Assembly (NCBI GenBank): GCA_963727525.1
Contig: CAVSGO010000005.1
Coordinates: 1-64,000, forward strand
Direction of reading: 5' to 3'
DNA length: 64,000 nt
Source: an uncultured bacterium
GTDB taxonomy: Bacteria; Krumholzibacteriota; Krumholzibacteriia; LZORAL124-64-63
Under the pieces are notes generated by a model. It worked only from the letters and a program-made list of their open reading frames with translations, was not told the origin of the DNA and did no database searches. Below, in pieces: positions 38,356 to 48,847 of the stretch; within the stretch, counting starts at the first letter, position 1; every line of letters begins with the position of its first letter. The position numbers and the translations under genes were made by a program.

Positions 38356-39273
38356 TCAGCGCAGGAAAAGCAGCGCACCGCCCGCGATCGCCACGCAAAC
38401 CCCCACGAGGCTGACCGGCGCAGGCCGGTCGCGGTATACCAGCCAGGCCGGCAACAGCACGAACACGGGCACCGCGCTCAGGAGCACCTGCGCCACCCCG
38501 GCCGGTGCACGCCGGATCGCCTCGATCGACACCCATACCGAGACGAACGGTCCCAGCACCGTCGCGCCGGCGAGGGCGGCGGCCCCCACGCGATCGCGCA
38601 GTGGCGCCACCACGCGTCGTATGCCCCGGCGAGGAAGCACCACGAGCCACGCCGCGGCGCAGGCGAAGGCCAGACGTACGAGGGTCGCGCTCAGCGGATC
38701 CACGTCCACCGCACCACCCGCCATACCGATCTTCACGAACGCGCTGCCAAAACCCTGGCAAGCCGCCGCCAGCAACGCGAGCAGGAGACCGGTGCGCCGC
38801 ACGTCGCGCGCGGGCGAGGCGAAGGCGCCGCCGCCAGGGTCGCGTCCGGCGACCGCGAGCAGCACGCCGACGATCACCACGGAGATGCCGATGAGCGCGA
38901 ACACGCCGAGGTGTTCTGCGAGCGCTCCCCAGGCCACGACGGTGGTGAAGACCGGCGCCGTCACCATGAGCATCATCGCGCGCCGCGGACCTATCATCAC
39001 GAAGCTCTGGAAAAGCGCGGAGTCGCCGATCGCCAGACCCAGAATGCCACTGCCACCGATCCACAGCAAGCTCACGAGGGGTACGCCGACCGGCCAGAAC
39101 GAGCCAAAGCGCAGACGATGCGTCGCCGCCAGGAGGATCGTCGCGCCGAGCAGGCGACCCAGGTTGAGTGTCACCGGCCCCAGGCGCCGCCCCGCGGTGG
39201 TGAAGAGCACGGAGGTCCAGGCGAAGATCATGGCCGCGCTCAGGGCGAGCAGCTCGCCCGCATGGGCCGTCAC
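38356..39273 (-). CDS. DMT/EamA family transporter
   Basis: GE..AL.AA..W/F-type start; SGILGLAIGD...F; about 10 TM helices in two repeats. Confidence 0.85.
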   Translation of the reverse strand: MTAHAGELLALSAAMIFAWTSVLFTTAGRRLGPVTLNLGRLLGATILLAATHRLRFGSFWPVGVPLVSLLWIGGSGILGLAIGDSALFQSFVMIGPRRAMMLMVTAPVFTTVVAWGALAEHLGVFALIGISVVIVGVLLAVAGRDPGGGAFASPARDVRRTGLLLALLAAACQGFGSAFVKIGMAGGAVDVDPLSATLVRLAFACAAAWLVVLPRRGIRRVVAPLRDRVGAAALAGATVLGPFVSVWVSIEAIRRAPAGVAQVLLSAVPVFVLLPAWLVYRDRPAPVSLVGVCVAIAGGALLFLR

Positions 39274-41156
39274 GTCGCGATCCGCAACACGCGTGCCGAC
39301 CACGGCGCCAGCGCGAGCGAGAGCATGCCGTCGCGCAGCGTGGCCTCGCCGCCGCCAAGGAGATCATCGAAAGTGCCGGCACCGAGATCATCCACCGGCA
39401 ACACCAGGCGTTCCTCGTGATCCGCGCGGTTGAGGGCCACGAGCACTGCGCCCGCCGCCAGGATCCGCACGAAGACGAGCGCACCATCCCGCGCGTGGCG
39501 TACCTGGACACCGCCGCGCGCCAGCTCCGGCGTCACGCGGCGCAGGGCGATCATCGCACGCACGTGATCGCGGAGTTCGCGATCCCACGCATCCTCGTCC
39601 CACGGCATGCAGGCGCGGTTGGCGGGATCGACGCCCCCCTCGCAGCCCAATTCGTCACCGTAGTAAACACAGGGCACCCCGGGCCAGGTGAGCAGCAGAG
39701 TGAAGGCGAGGCGTAGCTTCGCGCGGTCGCCGTCGAGCAACGTGAGGATGCGCGCCGTGTCGTGACTGCCGAGCAGCGTCATGTGCGCCTGTCCGATCGC
39801 GAACGGCGCCCGCGCCAGCAGGTCCGTGGCCGCGCGCGCGAATACGGACGCGTCGTCGTTCGCCGGGAACATCTGGACGAGACCACGCGGTCCCTGCGGC
39901 TCGCGCCCCGTGAGCCAGCGCAGCAACGGGTAATAGAAGCCGTGATAAGCCATCACGCCGTCGAGCTGGTCGCCCTGCACGAGCGCCGTGGGATCGGCGA
40001 AGGTTTCGCCCACCACGTAGACCGCGGCGCTCGTCTCCTTCGCCGCCTGCCGCAGCTCGCGCAGCACTTCCCTCTGCACCTGCACCGCGCCGCACCGGCC
40101 GAGCATGTTGACGGCATCGAGCCGCCAGCCGTCGATACCGTAAGGTGGGCGCAGCCAGCGGCGCACGACGCTGTCGCGCCCGCCGTAGATCTCGTCGCGA
40201 AGCCGCGCGCTACGGTAGTCGAGCTTGGGCAGGCTCGCATGTCCGCACCAGCTCTCGAAGCGATCGGGATGGCGACGGAAGATGAAGTATTCCGCGTAGG
40301 GCGATGCGGGGTCCTGCCACGCCCCCGGTTCCGGATGCACGTGGCCGCGATTGAACCAGCGATGACCGTCGCCGACGTGGTTGAAAACACCGTCGAGCAC
40401 GATGCGTAGGTCGGTCTCGTGCAGGGAACGGCAGAGCGCGGCGAAAAGCTGGGCATCGCCCAGGCGGGGATCGATGCGCTGGTGATCGCGCACGTCGTAG
40501 CGGTGGTTCGTACCCGCCAGGAAGATGGGCGTGAGATAGAGACCGCCCACGCCGAGATCACGCAAGTAGTCGAGGCGTTCGCGGATTCCCGCCAGGTCGC
40601 CGCCGTAGAAAGCGCGCTCGCCGCGCTGGCGGTAGCCGGGCGGCGGTGCGCCCCAGGGCAGGAGATCGTCTCCGGGGCCGCTGTCGCGGCCGCGCTCGAA
40701 ACGATCCGGGACGATCTCGTACAGCGTGCGCCCCGCGAGCCAGGCCGGCGGCGACGTCGCGAGATGCACGAAATCGGCGTCATCGCAAGGCGGCTCGGCG
40801 TGAAGGCCGCGCTGATCGAGATGCCAGAGACGGCCGCCGTGCTGCAGAATGAACCGGTACCCCAGCCGCGGGCCAGGCACTGGCAGCAGTCCCTCCCAGC
40901 GCTCCCACAAGCCGTCGTCGATGCGGCGCAGGGCGCGGTATTCGGGCTCGCCGTCCGGCGTGCTGCGCACGTGGGCCGACGCCACGCCGCTGCCGCGCGG
41001 AACCCGGAAGCTGATGCTCAGGCGCCGCCGTCCGCCGACAGTCGTGACGCGTACGAACGACTCGGTTCCGTCGCTGTACGGCCGCAGCGCGGGATCGCCC
41101 GTGTGGTCCGGATCGCCCGTGTGGCCTAGATTGCCCGTGTGACCTTGCGCAACCAT
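39270..41156 (-). CDS. GH13 alpha-amylase family (maltodextrin glucosidase/neopullulanase-like); start approximate
   Basis: YEIVPDRF; YGGDL.GI; NHRYD; LDGVFNH; GWRLDA; VGE; LGSHD; PCVYYGDE. Confidence 0.92.
   Translation of the reverse strand: MVAQGHTGNLGHTGDPDHTGDPALRPYSDGTESFVRVTTVGGRRRLSISFRVPRGSGVASAHVRSTPDGEPEYRALRRIDDGLWERWEGLLPVPGPRLGYRFILQHGGRLWHLDQRGLHAEPPCDDADFVHLATSPPAWLAGRTLYEIVPDRFERGRDSGPGDDLLPWGAPPPGYRQRGERAFYGGDLAGIRERLDYLRDLGVGGLYLTPIFLAGTNHRYDVRDHQRIDPRLGDAQLFAALCRSLHETDLRIVLDGVFNHVGDGHRWFNRGHVHPEPGAWQDPASPYAEYFIFRRHPDRFESWCGHASLPKLDYRSARLRDEIYGGRDSVVRRWLRPPYGIDGWRLDAVNMLGRCGAVQVQREVLRELRQAAKETSAAVYVVGETFADPTALVQGDQLDGVMAYHGFYYPLLRWLTGREPQGPRGLVQMFPANDDASVFARAATDLLARAPFAIGQAHMTLLGSHDTARILTLLDGDRAKLRLAFTLLLTWPGVPCVYYGDELGCEGGVDPANRACMPWDEDAWDRELRDHVRAMIALRRVTPELARGGVQVRHARDGALVFVRILAAGAVLVALNRADHEERLVLPVDDLGAGTFDDLLGGGEATLRDGMLSLALAPWSARVLRIAT
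41092..41145. repeat. Three imperfect 18-bp tandem repeats at the aminopeptidase P/GH13 junction
   Basis: GGATCGCCCGTGTGGTCC / GGATCGCCCGTGTGGCCT / AGATTGCCCGTGTGACCT. Confidence 0.8.
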
Positions 41157-42907
41157 GTCTTGTGCGGCCTGTCCAGCAACGGGCTCAGTTCGCGGTAGAC
41201 CCGCTTGTGGTAGTCGTTCAGGTAACGGATCTGCTCCGGCCGCATCAGCGCGGGCTCCACGAGCGACAGATCGATCGGGCACAGCGTGACGGGCCAGAAG
41301 CAGAGCCACGTGCGGTCGTCGGTGCTGTGCTTCTCGTCGACCTGCACGAAGGCGAGGTTCTCGATCCGGATGCCGAATTGACCGGCCTCGTAGTAGCCCG
41401 GCTCGATCGACAGCAGGTTCCCCGGCACCACCGGCGGTGTGTCGAGATCCTTGAGCGAATGCGGTCCCTCGTGCACGCCGAGATACTGGCCGACACCATG
41501 TCCCGTGCCGTGTTGGTAATCGAGGCCGATCTCCCACAGCGCGCGACGCGCGAACATCTCGATGCGCCGCCCCGTGGTGCCAGCCGGGAACGGCGTGCGC
41601 GACGTGTCGATCATACCCATGAGCACGCGCGTGAAGCACTCCTTCTGGCGCCTGGTCGGCTTGCCGAGCGCCACGGTGCGCGTGATGTCGGTGGTGCCGT
41701 CGGGATACTGCCCGCCACTATCGATCAGGTAGATGCCGCGCGACTTCAGCGGCGCGTTGGTCTCGTCGGTTGGACCGTAGTGGATGATGGCGCCGTTGGC
41801 CCCGTAGCCGGAGATGGTCTCGAAACTCTCGTCCAGGAAATCCGGCGCCTGGGCGCGGATCGCGTGCAGCTTCGCCGCAGCGGACAGCTCGTCGACCTCG
41901 CCCTTGGACACGGCCAGCTCCAGCCAGCGCAGGAACTTCACCATGGCCACGCCGTCGCGCACGTGGGCCTCCACGATCCCGGCGATCTGCGTTTTGTTCT
42001 TCACGGCCTTCATCGCGGTGATCGGCGTGGGTGCGATATGCTGGTCGGTGTCCGCGAGCAGGTCCTGGACCCAGCGCGTCGTCGTGCCCGGATCGAGCCA
42101 CACCCGCGGCTTGCGCCGAGCGAGAGCTGCGAGATCGGCCGCGAGACTATCGTAGGGCTTGATCGCGCATAGCCCACTCAACGCCTTCTCGAGCGCCTTC
42201 GTGACCTTGCGCGGGTCGACATAGAACGTGCAGTCGCGATCGGTGACCACGGCGTAGCTGATGGCGACCGGCGTGTAGAGGATGTCCTCACTACGCACGT
42301 TCAGTAACCAGGCGACAGCGTCGAGCGCCCCGACGACGTGAGCTTGGCACCCGACCTCGCGCATGGCCATGCGCATCCGCGTGAGCTTGGCTTTCACGCT
42401 CTCGCCCGCGTACCTGGCCGGATGCACCGTCACCGGCGCGAGGGACGGCTCCGGGCGGTCGTCCCAGAGCTTGTCGACGAGATTCACGTCGAGGTACGCG
42501 ACCCGCACATCGTGGGGCGCCAGGGCCGCCTCGAAGTGCGCGGCAGCGCCCACGGAGATGAGGCGCGGGTCGACGCCGAGGGCCTCGCCGGGCTTGAGAC
42601 GAGCCGCGACCCAGTCGGTCATGCTGATCGACTCGGGCACGCCCATCTTCATGAGATCGATCCCCGATCCGAGCAGTTGCATACCCGCCTGCAGGAAGTA
42701 GCGACCATCGGTCCAGAGTCCGGCCTGCAAACGGCCCACGAGTAGTTCGCCCGCCGAACCGGTGAAGCCGCTGAGCCAGGCGCGGCGCTTTTCCGACTCC
42801 GGCAGGTACTCGCTCATATGGGCGTCGGCACTGGGCACGTAGTAGGCCGCCACACCATGCTTCTTCATCAGCGCGCGCAGGGCGGCAACCTTGTCGGCGG
42901 TGGTCAT
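41126..42907 (-). CDS. Xaa-Pro aminopeptidase (aminopeptidase P, M24B, three-domain type)
   Basis: PSADAHMSEY; GFTGSAG; DSGGQY.DGTTDITRT; HGTGHGVG...VHEGP; EPGYY...FGIRIEN. Confidence 0.95.
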   Translation of the reverse strand: MTTADKVAALRALMKKHGVAAYYVPSADAHMSEYLPESEKRRAWLSGFTGSAGELLVGRLQAGLWTDGRYFLQAGMQLLGSGIDLMKMGVPESISMTDWVAARLKPGEALGVDPRLISVGAAAHFEAALAPHDVRVAYLDVNLVDKLWDDRPEPSLAPVTVHPARYAGESVKAKLTRMRMAMREVGCQAHVVGALDAVAWLLNVRSEDILYTPVAISYAVVTDRDCTFYVDPRKVTKALEKALSGLCAIKPYDSLAADLAALARRKPRVWLDPGTTTRWVQDLLADTDQHIAPTPITAMKAVKNKTQIAGIVEAHVRDGVAMVKFLRWLELAVSKGEVDELSAAAKLHAIRAQAPDFLDESFETISGYGANGAIIHYGPTDETNAPLKSRGIYLIDSGGQYPDGTTDITRTVALGKPTRRQKECFTRVLMGMIDTSRTPFPAGTTGRRIEMFARRALWEIGLDYQHGTGHGVGQYLGVHEGPHSLKDLDTPPVVPGNLLSIEPGYYEAGQFGIRIENLAFVQVDEKHSTDDRTWLCFWPVTLCPIDLSLVEPALMRPEQIRYLNDYHKRVYRELSPLLDRPHKTWLRKVTRAI

Positions 42908-42967
42908 CCTGTCCTCCGTTTCATGGGACCGAGGTTGGTGACGGGCATCATAGCACCGACCTGCGCG

Positions 42968-43588
42968 TCAGTGCCAGCCCGAGGTCGCCGCGTCATCGCT
43001 CGCCAGCACGCCGGCTTGCGCGAGGATCGCCACGAGATCGGCGCCGAGCGACACCGTAGGCGTCTCGACGATGCGACCGATCTCCTCGCCGCCGTGGCTG
43101 ACGATGAACGTGGGAACGTTGGTGATGCGGTACTCGGCCCGGTAGTCGTCGGTTTCGCTCACGTGCAATCCGGCCAGGGCCTCGCGCGCGTCGGCGTCGT
43201 CGGCCCGGCCGACGGCGACCATGGCCAGCTCCAGGCGGGGATTCCGGGCGCCCGCGAGCAGCCGCCAGAACCGTGGCACTTCGCGGCGCGAATCACCACA
43301 CCAGGTGCCCAGTACGCAGAGGATGTCCACCGGCTCGTCGACCTTGGCCAGCGTCGTGACGGCCGCACTGTCCGGCGCCCAGCCCTCGAGCTCCTGCGAC
43401 CAGTCCGGAAAGTGCGTCGCGATGAGGGCCTCGTTGACGTGGCCGAGCAGCTCGAGCCCGCGCGCCGATGGGAAGAGCACCGCTTCGGCGGGGCAGTGCC
43501 CGCCGCCGGCCGGCGTCTCGGCTCCTGGCCCCGCGAGCGCGGCCGCCGGTACGAGCAGCAGCACGAGAGCCAAGGCAAAACGATGCAT
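42968..43588 (-). CDS. Exported thioredoxin-like protein (WCGDS)
   Basis: Signal peptide; LGTWCGDS; VPTFI; EIGRIVE.P. Confidence 0.85.
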   Translation of the reverse strand: MHRFALALVLLLVPAAALAGPGAETPAGGGHCPAEAVLFPSARGLELLGHVNEALIATHFPDWSQELEGWAPDSAAVTTLAKVDEPVDILCVLGTWCGDSRREVPRFWRLLAGARNPRLELAMVAVGRADDADAREALAGLHVSETDDYRAEYRITNVPTFIVSHGGEEIGRIVETPTVSLGADLVAILAQAGVLASDDAATSGWH

Positions 43589-43718
43589 GACGGCCTCCGG
43601 GATGCGGTCCGGGTACAAGATCTGGTAGAATATAGGCGTAAACCACCGTCCGCCCAAGATCGGTGCCTGCCTGGAGCCGGCCCGTCCGTCTTGTCGCGCA
43701 TAGACCGAGGAGACCTCC

Positions 43719-46508
43719 ATGAAGACGTTTCTGATCGCGTTGCTCTGCGTTCTGGTGACCGGGGTCGCCGTCGCAGGCGACGTTGCCCTGCTCGCGCGCC
43801 CTGCGATGCAGACGCCGGCGCCTACCGGACGCGTCGTGGTCCTGCTGGCTTCCACGACCGATCTGACGACGGATGATGCCGGCCTCGTCGGCAGGAGCGC
43901 CGACGTCGTGCGCCTCCAGCGACTCGTCGCCGGCCTCGCCGGTGGTGCCCGGATCGAACGGCGCTTCGCCATTCCCGCGGCCGCCGCCACGGGCCTCGCC
44001 GCCACCGCCCGGCAACGGACGGGTCGCCCAGCGCCCGACCTGAATCGCTACGCGATGTTCGATGCCGGAACGCGCGACCTGGTCCGCCTGCGCACGATCG
44101 TCGCGACGGTTGCCGCCGATCCGGCCGTGGCGACCGCCTTCGCGGAGCCGGTGGCCGTGCCGGCCGCGCTCGGGTTCGACGCCTTCACCGGCGCCACGCC
44201 GCCGGCCGCCGCGGTCGGTGCGGAGCCGGCCGTCCTGCCGTCGCCCGATTACTCCGCCATGCAAGGGTACCTCGAGGATGCACCCACGGGTATCGGTGCG
44301 CTCACCATGGCCAGCCAGCCCGGCGCGCGCGGCGGCTCGATGCAGGTGGTCGACGTGGAAGGCGCATGGCTCTGGACGCACGAGGATCTGCCAAGTCCCG
44401 TCTTCACCGCCGGTACCCCGTTCGAGGACCTGAGCTGGCGCAACCACGGCACGGCCGTCATGGGCGAGATGCGCGGCAACGACGACTTCAGCGGCGTGCG
44501 GGGCATCGTGCCCAGCTGCGCCGTCGGCGGCAGCAGCATCGGCTCCCAGTCGACCGCCGATGCGATCATCGCCGCCGCCGCGGCCAACGAGCCCGGCGAC
44601 GCCATCCTCATCGAGCTCCACGCCCCCGGGCCCAACGCGAGCGGTAGCGGCCAGTTCGGCTACGTGGCCATGGAGTTCTGGCAGGACAACTTCGACGCGA
44701 TCCAGCTCGCCACGGGCCTCGGGTTGATCGTCTGCGAGGCCGCGGGCAACGGCTCGCAGAATTACGACGACCCCATCTACGGCGACCTCTTCGATCGCAC
44801 GTTCCGCGACTCGGGCGCCATCATGATCGGCGCCACCGTCGGCGCCAGCCTCGATCCGGCCTGGTTCTCGAACAACGGCACCCGCGTCGACTGCAATGGC
44901 TGGGGACTGGACGTCACGACCTGCGCCTACGGCGATCTGCAGGGCGGCGACGAGACGATGTGGTACACCAGCGGCTTCAGCGGCACCAGCAGCGCCTCCC
45001 CCATCGTGACGGGCGCCGTGCTCAGCCTGCAGGGCATGGTGAAGACCCAGTACGGCATCCCGATGGACGCCTACCTCGCACGCGCGATCCTCAGCAGTAC
45101 CGGCACACCCACCAATGGCAGCACGCTCATCGGCACGCGGCCCGATCTGGTGGCGGCCTGGTCGTTGGCATCCGCCGGCATCGGCACCGTCGCGGGCGCG
45201 GTTTTCGATGACGCCGCGCAGCCCCTCGAGGGCGTGACGATCTCCGTCTCGCCGGGCGATGCGGTCGCCGTCACCGCGGCCGATGGCAGCTACCAGATCC
45301 CGCTCCTGGCTGGCAGCTACGCCCTGCACTTCCACGACTTCTACCATGCCGACGTGGACGCCGACGTGGTCATCGCCACCGGCGCGACACCCCTCGACGT
45401 CACCATGGATCTGTTGCCCCTGGTCGCGGTTTCCGGCCAGGTGACTGACGTCGATGGCGGCGGACTGGGCGGCGCCGTGATCACGCCCCTCGGCGTACCG
45501 CTGTCCCCGGTCACCTGCGCCGCCGACGGCAGCTATGTGCTCTCGGGACTCCCCGCGGGCGTCGCCTTCTCCCTCGTGGCGGGCAGCGTGCCGGGCTATG
45601 GCGGCGTGGCGCGCGACATCTCCCTGCCGGCGTCGCCAGGCAGCGTGACGGTGGATCTCGAGCTGCCCGCGGCCACCTATACCTTCGAGTCGGACGCGCA
45701 GGGCTTCACGGCGAACTCGTTGTGGACGCGCGGCGATCCCATGGCCACCCACGCCGGACCTGGCAACGCGTTCGACGGCAATAATTGCTGGGGCGTGGGC
45801 ATGGATGGTGCGGGTTATCCCGACAACTCGATCGGGACCCTCTCCAGCCCGGACTTCACCGCCGACGATTTCGACGGCTACGCGAATCTCTTCCTGAGTT
45901 TCCACTACTGGCTGGGATCCGAGGCGACGTACGACGGATTCAATGTCGTGATCGCCTCGCCCACGCCGGAGGTTGTCACGCCGGTCGGCGGTTACTCCGA
46001 CGCCTCCCTCGCCGGTCTCGTGTACCAGCCGGGCTGGTCGGGCGACAGCGGCGGCTGGCGCACCGCGGTCTTCGACCTCAGCGCGTACCTCGGCACCGAT
46101 TTCAGCGTGCGGTTCGTCTTCGGCAGCGATGAGGCCGTCACGGAAACGGGCGTGTTCATCGACGGCGTGACGCTGGCGCCGCGCATGACGGTCACCCCGG
46201 TGCCCGACGGTGGCGTGTCCCCCGCTCCGGCGATCGCCGCGGTGCAAGCGTTTCCGAACCCATTCAATCCGCAGACCACGCTGAGATGGGCGTTGCCACA
46301 CGCCGGCCGCGGCTCCCTTTGCGTGTATGATCTGCGCGGCCAGCTCGTGCGCACGCTCCTGGCCGACGCGTCGGTGCCCGCGTCCGGCACGCTCACCTGG
46401 GACGGCACGGACGACCATGGTCGCAGCATCGCGAGCGGCGTGTACCTGGTGCGGCTGCGCGGTGATGCCGGCGCGGTTGCCACGCAGCGCGTCGTCATGG
46501 CCAAATAG
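43719..46508 (+). CDS. Secreted S8 subtilisin-like peptidase with carboxypeptidase-regulatory-like repeats and PNPFNP CTD
   Basis: VDVE, HGTAV, EAAGNG, FSGTSSASP; C-terminal AFPNPFNP...WDGTD..G..IASGVY. Confidence 0.92.
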   Translation: MKTFLIALLCVLVTGVAVAGDVALLARPAMQTPAPTGRVVVLLASTTDLTTDDAGLVGRSADVVRLQRLVAGLAGGARIERRFAIPAAAATGLAATARQRTGRPAPDLNRYAMFDAGTRDLVRLRTIVATVAADPAVATAFAEPVAVPAALGFDAFTGATPPAAAVGAEPAVLPSPDYSAMQGYLEDAPTGIGALTMASQPGARGGSMQVVDVEGAWLWTHEDLPSPVFTAGTPFEDLSWRNHGTAVMGEMRGNDDFSGVRGIVPSCAVGGSSIGSQSTADAIIAAAAANEPGDAILIELHAPGPNASGSGQFGYVAMEFWQDNFDAIQLATGLGLIVCEAAGNGSQNYDDPIYGDLFDRTFRDSGAIMIGATVGASLDPAWFSNNGTRVDCNGWGLDVTTCAYGDLQGGDETMWYTSGFSGTSSASPIVTGAVLSLQGMVKTQYGIPMDAYLARAILSSTGTPTNGSTLIGTRPDLVAAWSLASAGIGTVAGAVFDDAAQPLEGVTISVSPGDAVAVTAADGSYQIPLLAGSYALHFHDFYHADVDADVVIATGATPLDVTMDLLPLVAVSGQVTDVDGGGLGGAVITPLGVPLSPVTCAADGSYVLSGLPAGVAFSLVAGSVPGYGGVARDISLPASPGSVTVDLELPAATYTFESDAQGFTANSLWTRGDPMATHAGPGNAFDGNNCWGVGMDGAGYPDNSIGTLSSPDFTADDFDGYANLFLSFHYWLGSEATYDGFNVVIASPTPEVVTPVGGYSDASLAGLVYQPGWSGDSGGWRTAVFDLSAYLGTDFSVRFVFGSDEAVTETGVFIDGVTLAPRMTVTPVPDGGVSPAPAIAAVQAFPNPFNPQTTLRWALPHAGRGSLCVYDLRGQLVRTLLADASVPASGTLTWDGTDDHGRSIASGVYLVRLRGDAGAVATQRVVMAK

Positions 46509-46535
46509 ACGGCGACGTTTCACCGACGACGTCTC

Positions 46536-46565
46536 GCGAGCCCCGGTCCGCCGACCGGGGCTCGC
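46536..46565 (+). terminator. GC-rich hairpin after the S8 gene
   Basis: GCGAGCCCCGGTC-N4-GACCGGGGCTCGC. Confidence 0.55.
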
Positions 46566-46668
46566 CCTGTCTGCGTACTCGCCGCCGCGGCGGTCGTGGG
46601 CTATACTTCGTCGTCGTGCCCCCCTCCGGCGGCCCCACCGCCGATCACCCGCAGCCTGGAGGTCTCCC

Positions 46669-48768
<2,100 letters not shown>

Positions 48769-48793
48769 ACCGCGAGCGCGGATCGTGATCGCG

Positions 48794-48828
48794 CGAAGCC
48801 CCCGGTCGACTTGCGACCGGGGGCTTCG
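48794..48828. terminator. Hairpin between convergent genes (probable bidirectional terminator)
   Basis: CGAAGCCCCCGGTCG-N5-CGACCGGGGGCTTCG perfect 15-bp stem. Confidence 0.7.
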
Positions 48829-48847
48829 TCGTCCCGCGGGCATGCGC

